Assembly: GCF_036962345.1 (NCBI RefSeq)
Contig: NZ_JBALNB010000017.1
Location: forward strand, 124,190-156,189
Source: Neobacillus vireti
GTDB lineage: Bacteria; Bacillota; Bacilli; Bacillales; Cytobacillaceae
Length of the DNA stretch: 32,000 nt
Direction of reading: 5' to 3'
In this document: piece after piece, positions 1 to 8,429 of the stretch
Position numbering within the stretch: the first letter of the stretch is position 1
Layout: the number at the start of each line of letters is the position of its first letter
Notes under the pieces: model-generated
Seen by the model: only the letters and a program-made list of their open reading frames with translations
The model's database searches: none
What the model was told of the DNA's origin: nothing
Position numbers and translations under genes: made by a program

Positions 1-518
1 AAGATGTCTTTCATCACATTTTGGCAGAAATACTTTATCAAATTGGCGATGATTGGGAAAATGGCAAGATTACTGTAGCTCACGAACACTTTGCCTCTCA
101 ATTTGTCATAAACCGGTTTGCTCAGTTTTTAAGAATATTGCCTGTAAACAAGTCGCTGCCCAAAATATTAGCCTTTTGTCCTGAGGGTGAAGACCATCAT
201 ATTGGACTGATGTTGTTTAGCCTATTCCTGCGAAAAAAAGGACATGAAGTGATTTATTTAGGACCGAATACCCCTTTTGAGGGGTTATTGGATTTAATTG
301 AAACCCAGAAACTTTCTATCATTGCCATTTCCATGACCAATTCCGCTCCTTTAGTGAGAGTAGAAAAATGGATTCAAGCCTGTTTAGAAACGAATACCAA
401 TCTGAAGTTTGCCATCGGTGGTAAAGGTGTTCTTAGAAATCATCGAACAGATACACCATCGGTTTCTTATTTGACGGATTCAAATTGGGAATCATTGTAT
501 GAATCACAATTCCATTGA
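1..518 (+). CDS. MerR-family LitR/CarH-like regulator, C-terminal cobalamin-binding domain (5' end lies outside the window)
   Basis: The frame is open from nt 3 (DVFHHILAEILYQ...), so the track M at 21 is internal. It contains W-x9-E-H (DWENGKITVAHEH, nt 54-89) and E-x-H-x-x-G (EDHHIG, nt 189-206) about 36 aa apart, as in AdoB12-dependent CarH/LitR photoregulators. A B12-binding Rossmann-like segment follows (VIYLGPNTP...IIAISM). Confidence 0.8.
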   Translation, partial: DVFHHILAEILYQIGDDWENGKITVAHEHFASQFVINRFAQFLRILPVNKSLPKILAFCPEGEDHHIGLMLFSLFLRKKGHEVIYLGPNTPFEGLLDLIETQKLSIIAISMTNSAPLVRVEKWIQACLETNTNLKFAIGGKGVLRNHRTDTPSVSYLTDSNWESLYESQFH

Positions 519-533
519 TAAGGTGATGAATAT

Positions 534-1502
534 ATGAATCATTTCATAAAACCTGTTGTTGTGGTTAGCAGATGTTTGGGCTTTGACGCCTGTCGCTTTA
601 ATGGAGATATCATTCAAGATCATTTTTTAAATAAACTGAGAGAGTATGTTGAAGTGATAACCGTTTGTCCTGAGGCAGACATTGGTTTGGGGACACCTAG
701 AAATCCTGTCCGTCTGGTTGAATCCAAACAACAAGGGCTTCGCCTCATCCAGCCAGTTACAGGCAGAGACTTAACAGATTCTATGACGCACTATGCGGAA
801 ACTTTTATCGAAAAAATTCACAAGCCAATTGATGGATATATATTGAAAAGTCGTTCGCCAACCTGTGGAATAAAAGATAGTAAGGTCTATTCTGAAAAAG
901 GGACAGTTAACGGAAAAACGGCTGGGGTTTTTGCAAAAAAGATCGTGGAAAGCCAAAGTCATTTGGCAATTTCTGATGAAGGAAGACTAAAAAATTATCT
1001 CATCCGGGAAAATTTCCTTACAAAACTTTTCCTGCTTGCCTCGTTTAGAGAAAGGAAAAAACAAAACAGCATTCAGGCTCTGGTACAGTTTCAGAGTGAA
1101 AATAAATACTTATTTATGGCCTATCATCAACAAAAACAAAAAGAACTGGGACGAATCGTTTCTAATGGCGAAAATCAAAGCCTGGAGAATATTTTTGATG
1201 TATACGAACAAAAGTTACATGAACTTTTAGAACACTCTCGTTCGATTAAATCAAACATAAATGTCATGCACCATATATTGGGCCATTTCTCTAAACAGCT
1301 TCTTTCGGAAGAAAAGGCATTCCTACTAACCTTAATTGAAAAATATCGTGAAAAAAAAATCCCTCTTAGCAATCCCTTAATGGTTTTAAATTCCTGGGCT
1401 GTACGTTTCAATTCCAGCTATTTGTTGGATCAAACCATTTTTCAACCCTATCCCGAACAGCTAAACGATCTCACTGATTCTGGAAAGGGTCGAGATTATT
1501 AA
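534..1502 (+). CDS. YbgA-like protein (DUF523 N-terminal domain plus DUF1722 C-terminal domain)
   Basis: The N-terminus KPVVVVSRCLGFDACRFNG...SRSPTCGI is typical of DUF523. The helical C-terminal half (YLFMAYHQ...HILGHFSK) is typical of DUF1722. SD AAGGTGA lies 8 nt upstream. The gene starts 15 nt after the regulator gene, so the two are likely co-transcribed. Confidence 0.8.
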   Translation: MNHFIKPVVVVSRCLGFDACRFNGDIIQDHFLNKLREYVEVITVCPEADIGLGTPRNPVRLVESKQQGLRLIQPVTGRDLTDSMTHYAETFIEKIHKPIDGYILKSRSPTCGIKDSKVYSEKGTVNGKTAGVFAKKIVESQSHLAISDEGRLKNYLIRENFLTKLFLLASFRERKKQNSIQALVQFQSENKYLFMAYHQQKQKELGRIVSNGENQSLENIFDVYEQKLHELLEHSRSIKSNINVMHHILGHFSKQLLSEEKAFLLTLIEKYREKKIPLSNPLMVLNSWAVRFNSSYLLDQTIFQPYPEQLNDLTDSGKGRDY

Positions 1503-1580
1503 TATCATTTTCATGTATGGAATAAAGAAGATGGAATTCATACACAACTATATAAACAGTGTAAGGTTAAAAAATATTAG

Positions 1581-1620
1581 AAAAAGCTGATGAAGGAATA
1601 ACCCCTCCATCAGCTTTTTC
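1581..1620. terminator. Bidirectional rho-independent terminator between convergent genes
   Basis: AAAAAGCTGATGAAGG-aataacc-CCTCCATCAGCTTTTT forms an 11-bp stem with one mismatch. An A-run lies on one side and a T-run on the other. Confidence 0.6.
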
Positions 1621-3546
1621 TTATTTTAGTAGCCTCAAACTATTCAAAATAACTAATATGGTACTACCTTCATGCCCGATGACACCTAATGGTAAATCCA
1701 CCGCTTGTAAAAAGTTTGAAGCGATCAGAAAGACGATGACACTGATGGAGAAAACGACATTTTGTTTGACAATCCGATTCATCCTTTTAGACAAGTGAAT
1801 CGCTTCGGAAATCTTCGGTAAATCGTTTTTCATCAGGATGATATCTGCTGTCTCAAGGGCCACGTCCGTTCCGCCCCCCATCGCAATTCCCACATTGGCG
1901 GTTGCAAGTGCTGGAGCATCATTAATACCGTCGCCAACCATCGCAACATTCCCAAGTCTCCCTTTTAGCTGTTTCAAATGTTCTACCTTGTTTTCCGGCA
2001 AGCATTCAGCAATGAATTCATCCACATGACTTTCACCTGAAATCACTTTCGCTGTTTTGCCGTTATCCCCCGTCAACATGATTGTATAAATGCCTTGGGC
2101 TTTTAACTGATCAATGGCAAGTATCGTTTCTTTTCGAACCCGGTCCATCAGGCCGATACATGCCACTACTTTTCCAGCCTTTTGTACAAAGACAACCGTC
2201 TTCCCCTCATCAGCCAGCCTGCTAGCAGCTTGTTCAGCAAATCGTTCAGCCGCATCTTCCCCAACAAATCCTGCCTTGCCGATTTTCCACTCTTCTTGAT
2301 CAATAGTTGCTTTCACTCCCCAGCCAGCTGCATCCTCTATACTTTCCGGGTGAAGAAGATCACCCGCTAATTTTCCCTTTGTATACTTCACAATCGCATT
2401 GGCAAGCGGATGGGTGGAGTGGCTTTCAATCGAAGCCGTAATTCGTAATATATCTTCACCATTAAGCCCCTTTTGAACGATAAAATCTGTAACCTCCGGC
2501 TTCCCCTTTGTCAACGTACCCGTTTTGTCAAAAGCAATAGCTTTCAAATGGCTTAAATTTTCTAAGTGAACTCCACCTTTAAAAAGAATCCCATGCCTGG
2601 CACCATTGGAAATCGCCGATAAGGTGGCCGGCATGATGGAAGCGACAAGGGCACATGGCGAAGCCACAACCAGTAAAACCATCGCCCGGTAAAAGGTTTC
2701 TACCCAGCTCCATCCAAGAAGATAATGGGGAAGAAACATCATCACCGCTACTACAGCAAGCACGACTTTTACGTAAGTCCCTTCAAACCTTTCGATAAAT
2801 AGCTGGGATGGTGCTTTTTCACTCTGAGCAGACTGAACTAACTCAATAATCTTTTGGAATAAGGTTTCGTTTGCAGGTCTCATGATTTCAACAGTAATCG
2901 AACCGTTTAAATTCACGGTTCCAGCAAACACCTCATCTTGATTTCCTTTCGAAACAGGTATGGATTCCCCCGTAATTGCTGCCTCATCAACGGTAGTCAT
3001 CCCTTTGACAATTTTTCCATCGGAAGGCACTCGTTCCCCTGGTTTGATCAGAATGAAATCACCAATCTTTAGTTCCGATACATGAACGCGTTCCTCCATT
3101 CCATCCCTGACGCGTAACGCCTCTTCAGGCTGAAGTTCCATTAACGACGAAATTTCTTTATGACTTTTGTTCATGGTATAGGTTTCTAGCGCTCCGCTTA
3201 AAGCAAAAATAAAAATGAGGATGGCCCCTTCAATCCAATATCCGATAATAGCCGATCCAATCGCTGCTAAAACCATTAGCATCTCAACATTAAGTTCTTT
3301 ATTCGCAATCGTTTCTTCAATACCTTCTTTTGCTTTCGCATAGCCCCCAATGACAAAAGCAAGGAGAAACAATTGAACAGACGGCACTTCAAACCCTTCC
3401 CGCTGAACGAACCATCCAAGAAAAATGAGTACTCCGCATACGATGGCTGCAATTAATTCACCATTCGCTTTTATTCTTTCCCAGAGCTTTCCTTGTGGCT
3501 GTGGCTTTTTACTGTTCAGTACTTGTACTTGCGCTTCTGTTCTCAT
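1621..3546 (-). CDS. pfeT: P1B-4-type heavy-metal (Fe2+/Co2+/Zn2+) efflux P-type ATPase, PfeT/ZosA-like
   Basis: Contains DKTGTLT (phosphorylation site), TGES, GDGINDAP, an SPC motif in the transmembrane region (VVASPCALV) and HEGSTILVILNSLRLL near the C-terminus. There is no N-terminal metal-binding domain. The track start (TTG at 3558) directly abuts the GGAGG, so I prefer ATG at 3546, 12 nt after the SD. Confidence 0.85.
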   Translation of the reverse strand: MRTEAQVQVLNSKKPQPQGKLWERIKANGELIAAIVCGVLIFLGWFVQREGFEVPSVQLFLLAFVIGGYAKAKEGIEETIANKELNVEMLMVLAAIGSAIIGYWIEGAILIFIFALSGALETYTMNKSHKEISSLMELQPEEALRVRDGMEERVHVSELKIGDFILIKPGERVPSDGKIVKGMTTVDEAAITGESIPVSKGNQDEVFAGTVNLNGSITVEIMRPANETLFQKIIELVQSAQSEKAPSQLFIERFEGTYVKVVLAVVAVMMFLPHYLLGWSWVETFYRAMVLLVVASPCALVASIMPATLSAISNGARHGILFKGGVHLENLSHLKAIAFDKTGTLTKGKPEVTDFIVQKGLNGEDILRITASIESHSTHPLANAIVKYTKGKLAGDLLHPESIEDAAGWGVKATIDQEEWKIGKAGFVGEDAAERFAEQAASRLADEGKTVVFVQKAGKVVACIGLMDRVRKETILAIDQLKAQGIYTIMLTGDNGKTAKVISGESHVDEFIAECLPENKVEHLKQLKGRLGNVAMVGDGINDAPALATANVGIAMGGGTDVALETADIILMKNDLPKISEAIHLSKRMNRIVKQNVVFSISVIVFLIASNFLQAVDLPLGVIGHEGSTILVILNSLRLLK

Positions 3547-3599
3547 ATTTTGTGTCAACCTCCATTTCCCTCAATTATTTATTAATAATATTTTTCTTT

Positions 3600-3614
3600 T
3601 AATAATTATTTTAA
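3600..3614. promoter_or_regulatory. Candidate PerR/Fur-family 7-1-7 box upstream of the ATPase gene
   Basis: TAATAATTATTTTAA matches the PerR consensus TTATAATNATTATAA at 13 of 15 positions. It lies about 50 nt upstream of the ATPase start. The region is very AT-rich, so a chance match is possible. Confidence 0.3.
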
Positions 3615-3675
3615 TAAGGATTATATTCATATTTTAAAAAGTTGTCAATCACAAATGAGAAAATAATTTACTAAT

Positions 3676-3690
3676 TGAGAATAATACTCA
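3676..3690. promoter_or_regulatory. Candidate Fur-family-like 7-1-7 inverted repeat
   Basis: TGAGAATAATACTCA is an inverted repeat with one mismatched pair. It matches the Fur box TGATAATNATTATCA at 12 of 15 positions. Confidence 0.25.
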
Positions 3691-3740
3691 TCATCAATTC
3701 AGTATTAATAATAATTTTCATTATTCTCTTATACTAATAA

Positions 3741-3755
3741 TGATAATTATTATTA
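3741..3755. promoter_or_regulatory. Candidate Fur/PerR box in the divergent pfeT-mntH intergenic region
   Basis: TGATAATTATTATTA differs from the Bacillus Fur consensus TGATAATNATTATCA at one position. Confidence 0.4.
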
Positions 3756-3954
3756 TTTATTTCACGTCTTATATCCAGAAAATAGTAATATATATTCACC
3801 TAACTCTAAAGAGTTGCTCGTGGACAAAAATTATTTACAAATACAAGAAACAGAGTTAAAATCATCTCATAAAATATTTCGTAGCTATTTATAAAGAAAA
3901 AGTTGGTCTAATGAAATTTTTTTTACTTACTACATCTTTTGGAAGGGTGATTAC

Positions 3955-5289
3955 ATGGATTCTCAGGGCTGGTTAAAACAAAGCGCGAATGTGAGTTTAG
4001 AAGAGGTAAACAATACCGTGAGTATTCCAAGTAAAGGAGGATTTTGGCGGAAACTTCTTGCATTTATTGGACCGGGATCATTGGTTGCCGTAGGGTATGT
4101 AGACCCGGGAAACTGGGCAACTTCCATCGCCGGCGGGGCACGTTTCGGTTATACGCTGTTAATTGTCATTTTACTTTCAAATTTAATTGCCATGCTCTTG
4201 CAAGCATTATCTTCAAAACTTGGGATTATTACAGGAAGAGATCTTGCCCAGGCAACGAGGGATGCAACAGGAATGAAAACAGCCTTTGTCCTTTGGATAT
4301 TAACCGAATTAGCCATTATTGCAACCGACTTAGCAGAGGTCATTGGTTCAGCCATTGCCCTAAAGTTATTATTCGGCATTCCTTTATTACTGGGGATTGC
4401 CATCACTACATTCGATGTACTGCTTCTACTCTATTTGCAAAAGAAAAGCTTTCGCATTATTGAATCCATTGTCATCGTTTTAATGGTTACCATCTTTGTT
4501 GTCTTTGCATTTGAGGTCATTTTCTCAAAACCGGAAATGGCAGCTTTATTCGGCGGGTTTGTTCCCAAAGCTGAAATTGTCACAAATCCACAAATGCTCT
4601 TTATTTCATTAGGAATTTTAGGTGCAACGGTGATGCCGCATAATTTATATTTGCATTCTTCCATCGTGCAAACCAGACAATATAAAAGGACAACAGAGGG
4701 AAAAAGAGAAGCTTTAAAATTTTCTCTTATTGATTCCACCTTTTCGTTAACCGTTGCATTTCTGATTAACTCCGCCATTTTGATTTTGGGAGCGGCCGCT
4801 TTTTATGGTACCAATTTAGATGTATCCGAAATCGAAGCAGCCTATGAATTACTTAGTCCTACGCTCGGAATAGGGATAGCAAGTACGTTATTTGCAGTGG
4901 CCTTACTTGCATCCGGTCAAAACTCAACCATTACCGGAACGATTAGCGGGCAAATTGTGATGGAAGGATTTATTAACCTGCGAATTACACCATGGCTTCG
5001 CCGCTTAATCACACGTTTATTAGCCGTCGTTCCTGCGTTTATCGTGACCTGGGTAGCTGGCGCCAAAGGAACGGGTGAATTGCTGTTATGGAGTCAAGTC
5101 ATTCTAAGTTTAGCACTTCCATTTGCTGTCATCCCTTTAGTGCTCTTTACAAGCGATAAAAAGAAAATGGGTGAATTCGCCAATAAATTACCCGTGAAAA
5201 TTTTAGCATGGGGATGTACCGGTGTAATCGTTGTATTGAATATTTTCCTCATTGTATATACCGTTATGACAGGTCAAAATTTTGGATAA
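3955..5289 (+). CDS. mntH: NRAMP-family divalent metal (Mn2+/Fe2+):H+ symporter
   Basis: The DPGNWATSIAGGARFGY motif, MPHNLYLHS and about 11 predicted TM segments are typical of bacterial MntH. SD GGAAGGGTGA lies upstream of the ATG. Confidence 0.95.
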   Translation: MDSQGWLKQSANVSLEEVNNTVSIPSKGGFWRKLLAFIGPGSLVAVGYVDPGNWATSIAGGARFGYTLLIVILLSNLIAMLLQALSSKLGIITGRDLAQATRDATGMKTAFVLWILTELAIIATDLAEVIGSAIALKLLFGIPLLLGIAITTFDVLLLLYLQKKSFRIIESIVIVLMVTIFVVFAFEVIFSKPEMAALFGGFVPKAEIVTNPQMLFISLGILGATVMPHNLYLHSSIVQTRQYKRTTEGKREALKFSLIDSTFSLTVAFLINSAILILGAAAFYGTNLDVSEIEAAYELLSPTLGIGIASTLFAVALLASGQNSTITGTISGQIVMEGFINLRITPWLRRLITRLLAVVPAFIVTWVAGAKGTGELLLWSQVILSLALPFAVIPLVLFTSDKKKMGEFANKLPVKILAWGCTGVIVVLNIFLIVYTVMTGQNFG

Positions 5290-5298
5290 AAGGGAAAA

Positions 5299-5340
5299 GC
5301 CTAATTTCTCCGTATTAAAACAGGGAAATTAGGCCTTTTT
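5299..5340 (+). terminator. Rho-independent terminator of mntH
   Basis: GCCTAATTTC...GAAATTAGGC forms a 10-bp stem followed by CTTTTT. Confidence 0.7.
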
Positions 5341-5375
5341 AGGATTAAACATAAGGATAGAGCGGGAAGCAACAT

Positions 5376-5401
5376 TAAAAATACCAGCCTATTGGCTGGT
5401 A
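5376..5401 (-). terminator. Rho-independent terminator of ndk
   Basis: ACCAGCC-tatt-GGCTGGT forms the stem. On the minus strand it is followed by ATTTTT. Confidence 0.6.
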
Positions 5402-5409
5402 CTTAAGAA

Positions 5410-5871
5410 TCAACTAGATTGCCTGTCTTCGAATGGAAAGTCGTCCTCTAAGGTATATCTATTCAATAAACCAAAGAAATTTTCAATTTCCCGTTCTGCA
5501 CTTAAGCGAGAATCTGATCCATGGATTACATTTTCTTCTTTTGTAAACGCAAAGTCCCCACGGATCGTACCCGGAGCTGCTTCCAATGGACTTGTCTTTC
5601 CAATCATAAGCCGGGAAACTTCAATTATATTTTCCCCTTCCCAGACCATTGCAAAAACGGGTCCAGATGTAATAAAGTCCACTAACTCACCGAAAAACGG
5701 CTTGTCTCGATGTTCCATATAATGGTATTCTGCCTTTGTACGGTCCACAGTCATAAGCTCTGCGTTTAGTAGACTAAAGCCCTTTTGCTCAAAGCGCTTT
5801 ATGATTTCTCCTATTAACTGTCGTTTCACTCCATCAGGCTTTACCATAATGAATGTGCGCTGCATCGCCAT
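5410..5871 (-). CDS. ndk: Nucleoside diphosphate kinase
   Basis: [11 protein letters not shown], the catalytic-His region NVIHGSDS and a length of about 150 aa are all typical of Ndk. Confidence 0.95.
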   Translation of the reverse strand: MAMQRTFIMVKPDGVKRQLIGEIIKRFEQKGFSLLNAELMTVDRTKAEYHYMEHRDKPFFGELVDFITSGPVFAMVWEGENIIEVSRLMIGKTSPLEAAPGTIRGDFAFTKEENVIHGSDSRLSAEREIENFFGLLNRYTLEDDFPFEDRQSS

Positions 5872-5975
5872 AAAATCACCCCTAGTAAATATTCAACCAT
5901 CAACCTAAGATCTCTTTGGAAGATTAATGATTCTATCAACAATTATGGCAACATCTCACAGATTTCAAACCTTTA

Positions 5976-6080
5976 GAGACCAAAGGGACCAAAGTGGGGG
6001 AGACCAAAGGGACGGTTCTGGTGGCTTTTTCCTGCAGATTTGTTTAGTAAAAAAAGCCGGGAGAACCGTCCCCAAGGTCC
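5976..6080. repeat. REP-like palindromic element, copy A
   Basis: The arms are GGGACGGTTCT (6009-6019) and AGAACCGTCCCC (6062-6073), extended by GGTGGCTTTTT / AAAAAGCC. The left end GAGACCAAAGGGA occurs twice (5976-5988 and 6000-6012). Confidence 0.8.
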
Positions 6081-6190
6081 CATGGGATCGCTGCGGCGGT
6101 CTTATTTTTTGTTATGCTAACGATGCAGGTTCAAAAAACAAGGGGTTGAAAGAATAAATGATATAATTTCTAAAAAGGAGTGCTAAAAGT

Positions 6191-6577
6191 ATGAAATTAA
6201 AAGTTTTAGATTCAACTTTTTCCGTTGTGAAAATTCCTCCAACCGAAACAATACCATTGTGGGCATTAAACTCAGATATTTTTTCTATTACGCGAACAGA
6301 TGAGGAACTTTCTATCGTGTGTCCTTCAGAATGTTTATCCATGAACGAAGTATTTAAGGATGTTGAAAACGATTGGAAGTGTATAAAAGTAGAGGGAGTT
6401 TTAGACTTTAGTTTAACTGGAATATTATCTTCATTAGCAAAGCCATTAGCCGAAAATAAAATCAGTATCTTTGCTATTTCAACCTTTAATACAGATTACC
6501 TGCTTGTTAAAAGCCATTCAATTCAAAAAGCAAAAGTCGTATTAGAGAATGAAGGTCACACTTTTAACCATATTTAA
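6191..6577 (+). CDS. ACT-domain protein (small ligand-binding fold), function unknown
   Basis: The 128-aa product ends in a pattern typical of ACT_7-type domains (VLDFSLTGILSSLAKPLAENKISIFAISTFNTDYLLV). SD AAGGAG lies upstream. Confidence 0.6.
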   Translation: MKLKVLDSTFSVVKIPPTETIPLWALNSDIFSITRTDEELSIVCPSECLSMNEVFKDVENDWKCIKVEGVLDFSLTGILSSLAKPLAENKISIFAISTFNTDYLLVKSHSIQKAKVVLENEGHTFNHI

Positions 6578-6655
6578 AAAAGTTTATTGCACTTAAGGTG
6601 CTTTGTTTAAGATTTCGGCTTTCGTATTGGCAGCCTGATAGTCCAAGAAGTTATT

Positions 6656-6692
6656 ATGAAAGTAGAAATAGGACTCGTATTTCTACTTTCAT
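6656..6692. terminator. Perfect 15-bp stem-loop downstream of the ACT gene
   Basis: The stem is ATGAAAGTAGAAATA-ggactcg-TATTTCTACTTTCAT. There is no clear U-tract, so its terminator function is uncertain. Confidence 0.45.
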
Positions 6693-6856
6693 ATGAATTA
6701 CTAATTACACCTTTTGGCATTCATACCACTACAACTGTAGAGTTTACTTAGCGTTAGATACTATAATCATTTGTACTTTTAATGAACACACTAAAGTAAT
6801 TTACCAATATATTTTTACATCTATGGCATATCAGCTTTAACATCAGGGCGCTATGT

Positions 6857-7339
6857 TCAACGTCTCCTCGCGTAAAACTGACGATGGAGTTGACGAACTT
6901 GCTCCGCTAGTTCCGGAACAGGACCATCAATTGTGGTATCCCGAATAACATCTTGAATGGGAAGATTTCGAACGCGCGATGGAGCAACCCCCATTTCACT
7001 CAACCATTGTACCAGTTGCTCGGACGAACTTGCATAAACAATCCGACCTAAACCAACCCAGCCGTGGGCTGCAGCGCACATAGGGCAATGTTCACCCGAG
7101 GTATATACTGTCGCCTTTCCTCTTTCTTCAGTTGTCATGTTCCCGGCCGCCCATCGCGCCAAAGCAAATTCTGGGTGCTGGGTATGGTCACCATCTGCAA
7201 CGTGGTTATGGTCTTCTGCAAGAACGTCTCCGCTGGCTGAGACAAGAACAGAACCAAATGGCTCATCACCTTTCTCCAGCGCAGTTTTTGATAGTTCAAT
7301 ACAACGTCGCAGGTGCTTTAAATCAAAATCACTTATCAT
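6857..7339 (-). CDS. CMP/dCMP-type zinc nucleoside/nucleobase deaminase (TadA/guanine-deaminase-like)
   Basis: Contains the H-x-E motif (HPEF) and C-x-x-C (CPMC), the zinc ligands of the cytidine-deaminase fold. GGAGG lies 8 nt upstream. G+C content is markedly higher than in the neighbouring genes. Confidence 0.85.
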   Translation of the reverse strand: MISDFDLKHLRRCIELSKTALEKGDEPFGSVLVSASGDVLAEDHNHVADGDHTQHPEFALARWAAGNMTTEERGKATVYTSGEHCPMCAAAHGWVGLGRIVYASSSEQLVQWLSEMGVAPSRVRNLPIQDVIRDTTIDGPVPELAEQVRQLHRQFYARRR

Positions 7340-7384
7340 AATTGAAACCTCCTCAGCCTTTATTATTTTTTCATCAATATTTCA

Positions 7385-7651
7385 GGGGTGCCGCAGGGAC
7401 GGTTCTCATGGTTCGATTTAAGGAACATAATTGTCAATGATAAATACTGAAAACATTAATGGCTACTACATTGTTAAAAAACTTTTCTCCGAGAACCTCG
7501 AAAAGGTATAGTAAAATTGTTTCCCACATTATATAACCATGTATCATCTATATCCTAGTTTCATTTATACACATTCCTGTCACTAACCGAAGGTGAACAT
7601 CATTATATCCTAATACCATAATAAAAGGCCATCAGAACCGTCCCCACGGTC
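7385..7651. repeat. REP-like element, copy B (long-loop form) abutting the RAYT-like gene
   Basis: The left arm is GGGGTGCCGCAGGGACGGTTCTCATGGTTCG (core 7396-7415). The right arm is AAAAGGCCATCAGAACCGTCCCCACGG (core 7634-7645). The right arm ends 2-3 nt from the stop codon at 7653. Confidence 0.75.
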
Positions 7652-7652
7652 T

Positions 7653-8429
7653 TCACGCCTTAGAGATAAGTGTTCGTGAGATGCCTAAGATCCTTGATAG
7701 TTGGCGTTGTGATATGCCTTTGTTTTGTTTTGCCTTTTTAAGGATTTCATTTCTTTTGAGTTTTGGTAAACTTTTAACTTGGGCGATTTCAATTCCATCT
7801 AACAGTTTCTTAATCTTTTCCCTTGCTTCAATATCCGTTAATTTTCTTTCAGCCATATGGTCATCTAGACACTGATCCTGATTGACGCTTTCATTAAATT
7901 CTTTGAATCTTTCCCTAGCTACAATGTTTTCCTCCGAAAACTTTCCTAAAATGAATGTAGAATCCAAGAGTTCCCTGCCCTCATTACAAATTCTGTAATA
8001 ATATCGGCAGCTGCTCCACCTCCATTCATCCACCCTTTTGACGATACCTGCTTTAAGTGGATTTTGATGAATGTATCTTACTACAGTTAGTAAATACCGG
8101 AGATTTTCAACATTCTCACTCCTGAACCTGTCCTGAAAAAGATGCCCTGACGTTCCGTACTTCCCGTTATAGTACAAGGCAAAACTTACACCTATTCGTT
8201 TCATTGTGGTCGAAATATCTTCATTGCCTTCTCGTAACAACAGGTGGACATGATTACTCATCAAACACCAGCCGTAAATCTTCACGTTAGTTTGCAACTT
8301 ATATTTATGCAATAAATCGAGAAATCTTGAACAATCCTCATCATCGTGGAAGATTTCCTGTCTATTGGCACCTCTTAGCATAATATGATAAATTCCGCTT
8401 CCGCATTTCACTCTGGCTCTTCGAGGCAT
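7653..8429 (-). CDS. RAYT-like Y1 (HUH) transposase, IS200/IS605 Y1_Tnp fold with a C-terminal helix-turn-helix
   Basis: Contains the HUH motif SNHVHLLL (nt 8244-8252), the catalytic Tyr context VVRYIHQNP (Y at nt 8073-8075) and WRWSS, as in COG1943 REP-associated tyrosine transposases. The C-terminus GISQRQLSRILGISRTLISKA looks like a DnaA-C-like HTH. I prefer ATG at 8429 (SD AGGTGA 5 nt upstream) over the track GTG at 8438. Confidence 0.8.
   Translation of the reverse strand: MPRRARVKCGSGIYHIMLRGANRQEIFHDDEDCSRFLDLLHKYKLQTNVKIYGWCLMSNHVHLLLREGNEDISTTMKRIGVSFALYYNGKYGTSGHLFQDRFRSENVENLRYLLTVVRYIHQNPLKAGIVKRVDEWRWSSCRYYYRICNEGRELLDSTFILGKFSEENIVARERFKEFNESVNQDQCLDDHMAERKLTDIEAREKIKKLLDGIEIAQVKSLPKLKRNEILKKAKQNKGISQRQLSRILGISRTLISKA

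Noticed and set aside
771-2370. Short ORFs overlapping the YbgA-like and P-type ATPase genes
   Set aside because: They are off-frame or antisense shadows within well-supported genes, with low-complexity translations.
4044-4778. 139-aa, 85-aa and 115-aa ORFs overlapping mntH
   Set aside because: They are off-frame or antisense shadows of a gene with unmistakable NRAMP motifs.
5927-6157. 76-aa ORF with the repetitive peptide QRDQSGGDQRDGSGG
   Set aside because: It is a read-through of repeat copy A and its stuttered left end. It has no RBS, and the peptide repetition mirrors the DNA repeat.
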